Positions 20,607-29,664 of a DNA stretch of 64,000 nucleotides are shown in pieces (the first letter of the stretch is position 1; every line of letters begins with the position of its first letter). The stretch spans positions 1 to 64,000 of the IMG/VR virus record IMGVR_UViG_2775506835_000007. One strand, given 5' to 3'. The DNA comes from a virus. Its lineage: Duplodnaviria; Caudoviricetes. A program made the translations under genes and the position numbers. The notes under the pieces are model-generated. The model worked only from the letters and a program-made list of their open reading frames with translations, searched no databases and was not told the DNA's origin.

Positions 20607-21047
20607 TTACAGTTCTAACAACTGTCTTTTTTTAGTTTCAAATTCCTCTTGTGTAATAGCTCCCATATCCAAAAGATTTTTTAATTTCAGTATCTCATCT
20701 GCAGCGGAAGCTGTAGACTGTGGTGCATGACTTACTGCATTATTTCTTTGAGCATGCTCAACATATGTTTTAATCTCCAGTGCCGCCTGATACTTATCTT
20801 TTCCGCTAAAAACAATCGAATTATCATCTGTTGAAATATCCTGTATCGTTGCCTTCGTTCCAGTTGCACCCACAGTCTGAAAATAGATATATCCGTTCAT
20901 CAATCCAGGCTTTTTAACCTGAACCGACACTACTTGTGAAAATGGAATTGTCTTTTCCCCTTTCATCATTGCTTTCGCATACTGAATATGTATCCCGTCT
21001 TCGTTTACCACCAAGTTTTTTAATCGACCTTTTAAAACAAGCTCCAT
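20607..21047 (-). CDS. Moron: DUF4429-like PH domain + SHOCT domain
   Basis: GEKTIP...KKPGLMNGYIYF...DDNSIVF; C-terminal ADEILKLKNLLDMGAITQEEFETKKRQLL. Confidence 0.82.
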   Translation of the reverse strand: MELVLKGRLKNLVVNEDGIHIQYAKAMMKGEKTIPFSQVVSVQVKKPGLMNGYIYFQTVGATGTKATIQDISTDDNSIVFSGKDKYQAALEIKTYVEHAQRNNAVSHAPQSTASAADEILKLKNLLDMGAITQEEFETKKRQLLEL

Positions 21048-21075
21048 ACCGTCCTTCTCCTCTTAATAATTACTG

Positions 21076-21363
21076 TTAATGCGCATCAAAATTAATTCTA
21101 ATGCTTTCTCCTTGAATGGACCATTCTGCAAAGGTGAAATATTCACCCCAGCGATCAAGTATTTGATCGTCACTCGTCATCCAATCCTTATGGAAAGACT
21201 CTGCATATTCGAGAGGCACTAACCAGCCTGAAAAGTCTTCACCTTCAAATTGATCTGTTTGTATTTCATGCCCTTCTCCACACGATACAAAAAACTTGGC
21301 TCCATGCTTTAATGCCTCCTTCTGTATTAGATCAAAAAACTGATCCTCTGGTGTCAATTTCAA
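21076..21363 (-). CDS. Putative immunity protein for the MuF toxin
   Basis: 95-aa acidic ORF starting 2 nt after the MuF stop; same AT-rich composition as the MuF C-terminus. Confidence 0.55.
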   Translation of the reverse strand: MKLTPEDQFFDLIQKEALKHGAKFFVSCGEGHEIQTDQFEGEDFSGWLVPLEYAESFHKDWMTSDDQILDRWGEYFTFAEWSIQGESIRINFDAH

Positions 21364-21365
21364 CC

Positions 21366-22790
21366 TTACAATCCCCCTTTCTCCTTTGCATTTTTGATCC
21401 TCAAATTGCTTGTTAATCCGTTTTTAATTATAGTAACAAATTTACCATTCTGCGCAACAACAACATCCTGCCCTTTTATAATAAAATCAGCTGGTCCAGC
21501 AGCTCTTTGACCATTAGGAAGTATTTCACCTAATCCTCGCCATGTTCCATGCACAATCTCATCTCTATTTAAGACTATATCTTGAATAATGGCTCTCATT
21601 TTCTCACGACTATTCGGGTCTGATGGATCCATTCCAAAATCCACAGTATGTTTTCCAATTTTTTTGCCAAACTGTTTTTCACTAATTTCTATTCCATTAT
21701 TATAAACTTTGTCTTGAGATGATTCAAGCATTTTGTTGCTTTTTGTAACTGATTTTGACTCCGGTTTTGGCTCTCTTGTATCTTGAGTCTTTAACCATTC
21801 CTCGTATGTCATATTCTCCGGCATGGGATTTCCGGAATTGTACCAGTCCAAAGCATCGTCCGGATCATATTCAACCGTGGTCGATCGACAATTTGGGTGC
21901 AAGGGCGGATAGTTGACGCCCTCCTGGGCGTCTTCAAGTTTGAAATGCTCCCCGTCCAGAGACGCACAAACGTCGCTTGTTCGGCTGTCCAGCGTGGCGA
22001 CGAACTCATATTCCTGAACGCCGGCGGCTCTGTATGCAGCTTTGTCCGCTTCGCTGTGGAAGTGGGCGGTTTCCGTCCGAATCAGACGTTCAGTCGTCTT
22101 GTAGGACTGTCCCATTTTGGCCGACATTTCTTTCGACATGGCTGCGACACTCTTTCCCTGCATGACACCTTGCGTAATCGTCTCTCGGAGGTGAAACATA
22201 AGAGCCTGTTTGTTTTGCCATAGGCGGTCCGAAAACATGGCCCCGGACCAGGGATACGACAAGACGTTTTCAATCATGCCTTCGTTCAGCTTCGCAAACT
22301 CGTTCAGGAAGCCGGCGCGGGACTGAATATCAAAAATCTTCTTGTAGTAGCCTTCCTGGAAGGCATCGCCGAACTCGGCCTTCATCTGGGCCACGCCCTT
22401 TTCAAACAAGTCATTCAGGATCAGGTCGATCTGTCCTTGCAAAGCTTCAAGACGGGAAATGGAACTGTTAGTGGATAGGGCGTCCAGTTGTACCGTCAGA
22501 AGGGCTTTAACGCGCGGGTCCGGCTCTCTGGCAATCTTCTCAACATAGTCGCCCAAGCTTGCCTTCCATTCGCGGAACTCCGAACGGGATAGAAGGCGGA
22601 CGGCCTGTTCGTAGGTCAAGCCATGTTTTCCGGCGTACTTTGAATAGAAATCATTTATCTGGCGCCGAATTTCCTTCGCAGCAGTGTCGTATTCTTGAAA
22701 CATTTTTGCTGACAGGCCAGCACCGCGAAGATAGGCTTCGTTCTCGCGTTGTATGGCACGCGCGATCCAGTATTCTTTATCCCTTCTCAT
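21366..22790 (-). CDS. Minor capsid protein MuF/SPP1 gp7 with C-terminal toxin-like extension
   Basis: RLIRTET, ATLDSRTSDVC, PPLHPNCRS, then linker and ~110-aa basic domain. Confidence 0.88.
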   Translation of the reverse strand: MRRDKEYWIARAIQRENEAYLRGAGLSAKMFQEYDTAAKEIRRQINDFYSKYAGKHGLTYEQAVRLLSRSEFREWKASLGDYVEKIAREPDPRVKALLTVQLDALSTNSSISRLEALQGQIDLILNDLFEKGVAQMKAEFGDAFQEGYYKKIFDIQSRAGFLNEFAKLNEGMIENVLSYPWSGAMFSDRLWQNKQALMFHLRETITQGVMQGKSVAAMSKEMSAKMGQSYKTTERLIRTETAHFHSEADKAAYRAAGVQEYEFVATLDSRTSDVCASLDGEHFKLEDAQEGVNYPPLHPNCRSTTVEYDPDDALDWYNSGNPMPENMTYEEWLKTQDTREPKPESKSVTKSNKMLESSQDKVYNNGIEISEKQFGKKIGKHTVDFGMDPSDPNSREKMRAIIQDIVLNRDEIVHGTWRGLGEILPNGQRAAGPADFIIKGQDVVVAQNGKFVTIIKNGLTSNLRIKNAKEKGGL

Positions 22791-24285
22791 TCAGGCCACC
22801 AGCCTTTCCAGGGACGCCTTTCTGGCCTTCCTGGGTCGTCTGCTGATCATTACCTGCTCCCAAGGAATCGTCAAACAAGCCGACACCAAAGTCCTCCATA
22901 GCTTTCTTTTTCTCGGCGTCCAATTGATCCAGTTCTTCATCGACATCCTTGACCCACGGATGATTTTGGAGGATTGTCCGTTTGGATAGAAGACCGTCAC
23001 TGGTTCGGGCGTTGTTAATCACGTCGGTTTCGTTGACAGGAAGGTCCATATTAAAGATCACGTCAAAGTTGTCCTTCGTGAAATCGCCCTTTCCAGTAAT
23101 CTGGAAGTAGACGTCAATGAACAGTTTCAGCCGATGGAAAGTATCTTTCAGTTCGGTTCCCAGGGAATCACAGTCGGCGTCAAGATCCATATACCGGAAT
23201 CCGATCGCAGTTCCGCTGGCGTTCCCCAGGTTCGGGTCCTTTGTATCCACGGCCGACGCAAAGTCATACAGATCTCGGCGCTCATTATCCAGAAAGGCCA
23301 TGACGGCGTCTATATTCAGATCGGCCTGTAACTTGTCAACGCCACCGTCGGCGTCAACCTTGATCGCCAGATACTCTTTCAATTCTTTCAAAAACTCGCC
23401 TAAATCTTGACCGCCATAGTTTTTTAGGACATAGATGAACTTCGCCACGTCCCGAAGGACATCAGCCGTTACGCTGTTCTGCCAGTTGATGTCGTCGATC
23501 AGGTCCTTCACAAAGTAGCACAGGGGAAGTTCTTCTTCGTTGTATTTTAGCCATGCGATCGGAACTTCTTCCCAGTTGTACGCCTTGTTTCCGACGGTAA
23601 AGTGTGGTTCCGTCCAGTCGTTTGATTCGTCGCCGTGGTCCTTGTCGACCTGGAAGTCTCCGGCGCCGGACCCGGCGAAGGTGTCGGTCTTAAAATACTT
23701 CACTCCGCCGGTCCACCAAAATTCGGCGTGTGTGATCGTGTGCTTCCTGGTCCCAATATAGATGATCTGGTCGTAGAAGCGAATGAAGGCGTCCAGCTTC
23801 GTTCGCTCTGAATCCCGCCACAGCGGGACGACCTCTGTCGACGGGACGCGCATGAAGGCCAGGGTCCCGTCGTCGTCGAAGTATGGTTGAATCCAGGCGA
23901 TCCCGGACATGACCGCGCCTTTTCCCAGGCTCTTGATCTTCCGACGGAAGGTCTGGTCGAAGACCTCGTTCAGCGCGGCGCCGTAGGTTTCGCTTTCGGT
24001 GTCCACGGTCCAGGGCTTTGACAAAAGATAGTTCGCCTTCTGGTCGATCAGCTTTTTCAGTATTGGTCGTTCGATCTTAGCGTTCGAACGGTTGGCAACG
24101 TCGTTAGTTTTAGCTTGAACAGAAGAACGATTTCTGTAATACTGTTCGCCTTCCAGCATGATTTTATATTGCTCTGACCGTTTGAACTCCCGAATTTCTT
24201 CGCTGACGATCTGGGCCAAAGTCATAGGTACTTTTTCAGGATCGGACAGGAGCAGGTTGATCCGGTCCATGACGGACAGTTCCAT
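22777..24285 (-). CDS. Portal protein, SPP1 gp6-like
   Basis: DQKANYL, GNASGTAI, LSKRTILQNHPWVKDVDEEL. Confidence 0.92.
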   Translation of the reverse strand: MELSVMDRINLLLSDPEKVPMTLAQIVSEEIREFKRSEQYKIMLEGEQYYRNRSSVQAKTNDVANRSNAKIERPILKKLIDQKANYLLSKPWTVDTESETYGAALNEVFDQTFRRKIKSLGKGAVMSGIAWIQPYFDDDGTLAFMRVPSTEVVPLWRDSERTKLDAFIRFYDQIIYIGTRKHTITHAEFWWTGGVKYFKTDTFAGSGAGDFQVDKDHGDESNDWTEPHFTVGNKAYNWEEVPIAWLKYNEEELPLCYFVKDLIDDINWQNSVTADVLRDVAKFIYVLKNYGGQDLGEFLKELKEYLAIKVDADGGVDKLQADLNIDAVMAFLDNERRDLYDFASAVDTKDPNLGNASGTAIGFRYMDLDADCDSLGTELKDTFHRLKLFIDVYFQITGKGDFTKDNFDVIFNMDLPVNETDVINNARTSDGLLSKRTILQNHPWVKDVDEELDQLDAEKKKAMEDFGVGLFDDSLGAGNDQQTTQEGQKGVPGKAGGLNEKG

Positions 24286-24295
24286 TCGTGCTACC

Positions 24296-25567
24296 TCATT
24301 TCAAAACTGTGATAGAAGAACCGCGTCGTGGACGCTCTACTCCATAGCGAAGGGCCGCCATAGCGTCGTCCATGAACTCGACTGGTTCGTCGATATAAAG
24401 GCCCGTGGTCGGGTCTTTTTTCCATTTCCATTGTTGGACTTCCTTCAAGGTGTTCACACATGAAGGGTGAATATGAATTTTCCGGCCTTTCAAAAAATCA
24501 ATCTGGGCCTTCACACTTCCAGGTTCTTTCTTCACGGGCCGGGCGCGAAAGCCAGCCTTCTGCCAAGTCTTGATCCGGTCCGGCTCGGCGCTGTCACAGA
24601 ACATTTCCACGCACGGGTCAACCTGGGCCTTCCGGGCAAGTCCGATTATTTCTTCGGTGTCCTTCTCGAAGACGTACACTTCGGAAGTGACGTATATTTC
24701 TCCGTCCTTCCAGCCGATCCCCAGAATCGCGTCGGCATGATTATAGCCGAAGTCCTGGCCATAGTAGAAACCGTCAAAGAAGTCGCGGCCGGTCGGGAAA
24801 TCATGTACTTCGAATTTCGTCAGGATCAAACCGCCAAGCTCACCCCATTCGCCCAAGCCATAGACGCGATACCCTTCCGGGTCTTCAACCTTCCGGCGCT
24901 CCATACGGCGGGAATAGGCCGGGTCTATGAACCGATTCGACTGATAGGTGGAATGGTGGGTCAGGACGTCCGGATCAGCCTTGTCGAAGTAACGGACCTT
25001 GATCCAGTGTGTCGCGCTGACCGGATTGAAGGTCATTGTGATCTGGTAATACAGATTCGGGTTCAGTTTGGACAGATCGCCACGAAGGCGGTCGTCCAGA
25101 ATGTCAACGTCTTCGGGAAGAAGTTCTGTCGCTTCTTCACACCATATCCAGACCAGTTTTCCGTTCTTGAAGGTGATCGACTTCACCTTCTCCCGCTGGC
25201 GCTGATCCTTCACGCCTCGGAAGATGACTCTATTCCCGGTGATCTTACATTCCAAGGTCAAGGGGCTCAGGTTGACTTTCCAGAAGCGTTCGGCATAAGG
25301 GCCGAACATTCGGTAGATCGCGGCCTGTAACTCTGCAAAGGTGCTATCGCGATTGGTTTCCTCGATCTTCCTGACGACAAGAAGGTTCGCGCCGGTATAG
25401 CGGGGATCGGACAGCTTAGCGACATAATCCTGGGCGATATTCACAGACTTGCCAGAACCGGCAGACCCCTTCAAAATGCGATAGCGGCCGCGCCATTCGT
25501 TCACGGGGCGGAAGATCGGGTTAAACTGGGCGGCGGCTCTGAACTCAATCGTTGTCGCCATAGTCAT
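24296..25567 (-). CDS. terL: Terminase large subunit (PBSX family)
   Basis: Walker A KGSAGSGKS, WCEEATE, TFNP, GQDFGY, DDAMAALRY. Confidence 0.95.
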   Translation of the reverse strand: MTMATTIEFRAAAQFNPIFRPVNEWRGRYRILKGSAGSGKSVNIAQDYVAKLSDPRYTGANLLVVRKIEETNRDSTFAELQAAIYRMFGPYAERFWKVNLSPLTLECKITGNRVIFRGVKDQRQREKVKSITFKNGKLVWIWCEEATELLPEDVDILDDRLRGDLSKLNPNLYYQITMTFNPVSATHWIKVRYFDKADPDVLTHHSTYQSNRFIDPAYSRRMERRKVEDPEGYRVYGLGEWGELGGLILTKFEVHDFPTGRDFFDGFYYGQDFGYNHADAILGIGWKDGEIYVTSEVYVFEKDTEEIIGLARKAQVDPCVEMFCDSAEPDRIKTWQKAGFRARPVKKEPGSVKAQIDFLKGRKIHIHPSCVNTLKEVQQWKWKKDPTTGLYIDEPVEFMDDAMAALRYGVERPRRGSSITVLK

Positions 25568-26069
25568 AGTTGATCACCACCGTCACAGGCGCCACGCTTT
25601 CCTGATTGTCCTTTAACATCCCCAAGTGCTTTCCGCACAGTTCCAAGGCCTTCAACTTGTCAACCAAACGGATTTCGCGTTCTATGGCCTGTTCAATGAT
25701 CGGTTCCCCGTCTTCGTCGAAGTCCTTGTGTGGGACATATTTGACCTTTATTCCGGCGATTGTGGCCAGGTCATCCTTGCTTGCGTCCGGCTTCACTTCC
25801 GCCGTGTTCAGATCTATCACCTGGGAAGGGTCGACGAAGGCGATCCGCCCCAGTTCCCGAAGGACGCGGTCGGCGTTGATCCCGGTCCGCTTCGACCTCT
25901 CGGCCATAGCACGGTCTATGCGCGCGCGGATTTCAGGTTTTTTCAGGTTTTCACTTCCGATTGATCCGGCGGATTCCGGAGAATATCCAGCTCGGATTGC
26001 CGCCTGCGTTGCATTTAAATCAACAAGGTATTCTTCAATAAATCGCTTTTGTTTTGCTTTTAATGCCAT
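25545..26069 (-). CDS. terS: Terminase small subunit
   Basis: KQKRFIEEYLVDLNATQAAIRAGYS, DKLKALELCGKHLGM. Confidence 0.95.
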   Translation of the reverse strand: MALKAKQKRFIEEYLVDLNATQAAIRAGYSPESAGSIGSENLKKPEIRARIDRAMAERSKRTGINADRVLRELGRIAFVDPSQVIDLNTAEVKPDASKDDLATIAGIKVKYVPHKDFDEDGEPIIEQAIEREIRLVDKLKALELCGKHLGMLKDNQESVAPVTVVINYDYGDND

Positions 26070-26080
26070 TGCTGGTCACC

Positions 26081-26272
26081 TCAATCCGGAGGCCGTCCTC
26101 TGCTTGCAGCAGCTCTCGCTTCATGGAGTTGCTGGCACAAATCTCCTCGCATACAAATGAGCTGCATGATGTAAGCGTTCACATCTTGGCGGCCGGTCTT
26201 CAGTTTCGATAATTTATCATCCATCAGTGCTATTTCAGCTTCATATTCTGCTATCACATTCCTGTAATCCAC
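26081..26272 (-). CDS. Hypothetical coiled-coil protein
   Basis: Likely GTG start at 26272; first gene after the late promoter region. Confidence 0.5.
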   Translation of the reverse strand: MDYRNVIAEYEAEIALMDDKLSKLKTGRQDVNAYIMQLICMRGDLCQQLHEARAAASRGRPPD

Positions 26273-26421
26273 CGCAATGGCCCCTTTCAGGTAAACAAAT
26301 AGCGCCCTGTAAAAACAGGGCGCCAGAGGAGAGGAAGAGCATGAAGAAGTTAAATATGTCTTTTTGACGTATCTTGACAATACTATTTTATAACAGTTTT
26401 TGACGCAAATGGGGCCAACCT

Positions 26422-26829
26422 TTATATTTCAAATAAATTTGCAGCTAAATTGATGAGAAACTTCTGGCGGCAGCGTTTCATGGTACGCAATGACATCGGC
26501 AGTTTTATGTGATTCATCGGAACATGGCTGAACAGATTTAATCTGATAAATTCCTTTTCTGTATCGTCCCTGGCAAAGCTCCATGCCAATTCAACAGCCT
26601 TGATAAGATCATCCAAATGGCGCTTTCGGGCAATCAACCGTTCCGCTTTGCGCGCTGTTTCGTCATCGCTGGTTCCGCCATGCGGCATTCCATCAGAGGG
26701 ATTTTTGCCCGCCAGGATCACTTCTTCCTCTATCTCTTTTCTTCGCCTTAAAAGGTTATAATAGTCCTCCGCCGTCGCTTTACAACGTTTATAGATTCCC
26801 CGTTCCAGCTTTACACTTTTTTGCAACAT
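26422..26829 (-). CDS. Late transcriptional activator (RinA/ArpU-like)
   Basis: GMPHGGTSDDETARKA, C-terminal HTH-like MSLRTMKRCRQKFL; last early gene before terS. Confidence 0.7.
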   Translation of the reverse strand: MLQKSVKLERGIYKRCKATAEDYYNLLRRRKEIEEEVILAGKNPSDGMPHGGTSDDETARKAERLIARKRHLDDLIKAVELAWSFARDDTEKEFIRLNLFSHVPMNHIKLPMSLRTMKRCRQKFLINLAANLFEI

Positions 26830-26845
26830 GCCCCCTCCCGTTCCT

Positions 26846-27361
26846 TTATCGTAAGTAATCCAAAAAGAGCACGGCACCATTAAACTTGACGCGATAATGC
26901 TGTAGGTCTTCCGCTGTAACGTACTTTCTCCCAAAAAACTCCTTCATATCGCGCCACACCACCCACGGCACGAAAAAGAAGCGGTCACGGATTCCAACGC
27001 ATACCGCTGCGATTGCGCCCATTCCCGCATGGTCTTCCAGCGCGTTCAGCTGCTCCTGCGTCAGAACGTTCCGATGCATGCGCTCTGTGGTTGTGTACTT
27101 GGCTTCAAACACAATGGACCGGCCGCCTGCCAGCGTCCCCTGATAGTCCGGTTCTGCGGCCGCAGTAAACCGGCCGGTGAAGAGTCCGCTTCCGTGCTTC
27201 TTCGTCACTCGGAACGGCTCCGGTATCTTGTCGATCTTTGCGCGCCGCTGTGCTTTGTATTGCTTACAGGCTGTTTTGATCTCGTCTTCAAAGAGATGCC
27301 CTTGCGCATTGTTAACCGTACCTTGCCATTGCTGTTGCATCTTTCGCGGATCGTTTTGCAT
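26846..27361 (-). CDS. recU: Holliday junction resolvase RecU family
   Basis: GHLFE, KIPEP, PDYQG, FEAK, QEQLNAL. Confidence 0.85.
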   Translation of the reverse strand: MQNDPRKMQQQWQGTVNNAQGHLFEDEIKTACKQYKAQRRAKIDKIPEPFRVTKKHGSGLFTGRFTAAAEPDYQGTLAGGRSIVFEAKYTTTERMHRNVLTQEQLNALEDHAGMGAIAAVCVGIRDRFFFVPWVVWRDMKEFFGRKYVTAEDLQHYRVKFNGAVLFLDYLR

Positions 27362-28097
27362 TCTTTGACCTTCCTTTCTCAAATGGGCGCAGTTGAATCA
27401 TCCTGTAGAACTGATATGGAATCCCCGTAACCGGCGAAATCCCGTTCTCTACAGAATTCGGATCTATGTAATAGCCCTTTATGGGCTTAGGTTCCTCACG
27501 CCATTCCCGGGCGTCCACTTCCTGTATCTTCTCTACCGGCTTGATAAGATTCCGGCTTCCGGACCACCGGTTCCCTGGGATGCTCTCTTCTCCGTTTGGC
27601 GACAGGTGAGACTGTCCCATGAGATACCAGGCAAGGGCAGAGTATTCTCCATTCGGATACAAGCCTGTAAACCGCATGGCTCCGTGCGGCCAACATGCTG
27701 CAACGATCCGGTAATCAAATGCAGGGATAATCACGTGATGATGGGGCGCGCCCTTTTTTCCATAGGCTGTTACCTGAATGTATTTAAACTCTACCCCTGC
27801 TCTTTTGAAGCGCCTGCGTACACGGTCCAGGAAATTCTCCACGTTCCGCTTCGCCCGCTGTGGATCCGGGCGCTCCTCCTTCCGGTAGGTACAGGTCAGA
27901 AAAAGATCCCCGGGGAAAAAGTTTGCATTGATCTGCCGGGTGAGCTTTCTCCACGCCATCTTCTCGTTGTATTTCTTCATCGCCTCCGGTGTGCGGCTTT
28001 CCCGGTTTCCCCGTGGGATGTTTCGGCCATACCGGGCGGAATAGCTCTTGTGTACTTCTATGGTGATTCCAGCTTTGCAGGTCTTCTTCAGGTACAC
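27312..28097 (-). CDS. HUH-type rolling-circle replication-associated protein
   Basis: INANF...FLTCTY, KYIQV, PHHHVII (HUH), LAWYL, WSGSRNL; GGAGG before GTG at 28097. Confidence 0.75.
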   Translation of the reverse strand: MYLKKTCKAGITIEVHKSYSARYGRNIPRGNRESRTPEAMKKYNEKMAWRKLTRQINANFFPGDLFLTCTYRKEERPDPQRAKRNVENFLDRVRRRFKRAGVEFKYIQVTAYGKKGAPHHHVIIPAFDYRIVAACWPHGAMRFTGLYPNGEYSALAWYLMGQSHLSPNGEESIPGNRWSGSRNLIKPVEKIQEVDAREWREEPKPIKGYYIDPNSVENGISPVTGIPYQFYRMIQLRPFEKGRSKNAKRSAKDATAMARYG

Positions 28098-28295
28098 CGC
28101 TCTTCCTCCCTCTCCCGGACATGCCCGTAATGTTAATACTTCAACCAAGGCAGAAAAGGCCCGGACTTTTGCCTGTTGGGATAATACCCAGGGAACAAAT
28201 GGTGTACAATATATTTGCTCTGGATACTATCCGGGTAATGCTTCACCCATCGACGGCTGCCGGGCCTCATGTCGATGGGTGATTTTTATTTTTAT

Positions 28296-28502
28296 TCATC
28301 TGTTGTCCGTCTTCATCGGTATAACATCATACCTGCAATGTGCGGACCACTTGTCCAAAAATGGACAGTCTTTATAGCAATGGTCCATACAAACCATGGC
28401 GCAAAGCATGGGACAATGGGACCAGACACGTACTTCGTTCACGGTCTTATCGCAGATGGGACAGACGGTATTGTCATACGGCGGCTTCATCACGAATCCC
28501 AT
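28296..28502 (-). CDS. Cys-rich small protein
   Basis: CPIC, HCP, CMDHC..CPF..HC; in early operon. Confidence 0.55.
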   Translation of the reverse strand: MGFVMKPPYDNTVCPICDKTVNEVRVWSHCPMLCAMVCMDHCYKDCPFLDKWSAHCRYDVIPMKTDNR

Positions 28503-28756
28503 TTGTTATATTTGTGCGCAGATGGCGTTATGTACATCTGGCAGATTGCCACCGCTGTCCTGGGTACAAAGGGCCGATAAGCTCCGTCCTGACCGCAGCT
28601 CTGGCAGGGATACGGCAGCGTGTCTCTACCCATCCCCGGCAAAATTGGATGATGTAGCCGGCAGGTCTCCTGCTTTGTGCAGCTATGGCATTGACAGTTC
28701 TCGCACGCTTCTTTCTGGCTGGTATATATTCGGTCTCTGTTCTCTTTCCTGGGCAT
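28490..28756 (-). CDS. Cys-rich small protein
   Basis: CENCQCHSC, C, PCQSC; overlaps neighbouring gene. Confidence 0.5.
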   Translation of the reverse strand: MPRKENRDRIYTSQKEACENCQCHSCTKQETCRLHHPILPGMGRDTLPYPCQSCGQDGAYRPFVPRTAVAICQMYITPSAHKYNKWDS

Positions 28757-28787
28757 GTTCCATCCTTCCTGCCTTAAAAAGGTTGTC

Positions 28788-29093
28788 CTATACAATTTCC
28801 CCTGGCTCCGCCCTCCGGGGTGCATATGGAAGCGGTTCTCCTGTTGTTTGGTTGCATCCGTGTTCTTTCAGCCATTCTCGGATCCTTCTTTCCGCGTCGG
28901 CATCCGCCATGCCGCGGTATGTATCCCAGATTGGCAAAGGATTTAACGACTCTATCGCATTTGTAAATTCCCATTTTCCGTCCGGTGTTCGTTGCAGGTC
29001 CCGGATAAATAGAAACCAGTCTCCACGCTGAGCTACTGCAAACTGACGCTGTCGGTATAAAAGGCGTATTTCTGTCTTCTCGTTTTGTTCCAT
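28788..29093 (-). CDS. Hypothetical phage protein
   Basis: GAGG RBS, co-oriented early operon. Confidence 0.6.
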   Translation of the reverse strand: MEQNEKTEIRLLYRQRQFAVAQRGDWFLFIRDLQRTPDGKWEFTNAIESLNPLPIWDTYRGMADADAERRIREWLKEHGCNQTTGEPLPYAPRRAEPGEIV

Positions 29094-29096
29094 CTC

Positions 29097-29390
29097 TCAG
29101 ACCTCATGATGCAAAGTCAGGGTGTACAGTTCTCCCGCACATGTAAAGGAAACACTGGCCTGAGCGCCGTTATCATCGTCATAGGTATACGCATAGCAAG
29201 AATCCACCTTGCCGGCGGTATACCGCTTTTCCACGTTTTCTTTTAACCAAACCAATTCCTTTACCATTTCCAACGCCTTGACATCCTCGCTGTTTTGCTC
29301 TACACTTTGATTAGAAATGTTGTCGCATTTCATTTTGCCGCTCTGGGTGCTTCCAACGCCCGGAGCGGCTTCTTTTTTGCTCTTCTGCAT
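29097..29390 (-). CDS. Hypothetical phage protein
   Basis: Co-oriented early operon; 5' end overlaps an antisense promoter/terminator unit. Confidence 0.6.
   Translation of the reverse strand: MQKSKKEAAPGVGSTQSGKMKCDNISNQSVEQNSEDVKALEMVKELVWLKENVEKRYTAGKVDSCYAYTYDDDNGAQASVSFTCAGELYTLTLHHEV
29278..29378 (+). ncRNA. Candidate ~65-nt antisense RNA (promoter plus terminator)
   Basis: TTGACA(29278)-17-TACACT(29301); hairpin GCCGCTCTGGG..CCCGGAGCGGC followed by a T tract. Confidence 0.5.
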
Positions 29391-29393
29391 CTT

Positions 29394-29657
29394 CTATTTC
29401 CCCTTTATGTAATCGTTTCTTCCCAGAAGCCAATCCACTTTTACATCCAAAATATCAGCCAGCGCCGCAAGTTCAAAATCCATAACATACCGGTGCTGCC
29501 CTTCCAATTTGGATAAACCGGATGTGTTCAGTTCTATGCCTTTGACCTGCATTTTTGCAAGTAAGACTCTTTGAGGCATGTTCACACGGCGGCGTGCTTC
29601 CGTAACACGGGCACCTACAATATTGCGGTTCCCCAATGGATATTCTCGCAATCTCAA
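29394..29657 (-). CDS. XRE-family HTH regulator
   Basis: NIVGARV...LSKLEGQHRYVMDFELAALADILDVKVDWLLG. Confidence 0.85.
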   Translation of the reverse strand: MRLREYPLGNRNIVGARVTEARRRVNMPQRVLLAKMQVKGIELNTSGLSKLEGQHRYVMDFELAALADILDVKVDWLLGRNDYIKGK

Positions 29658-29664
29658 GTCTTCG

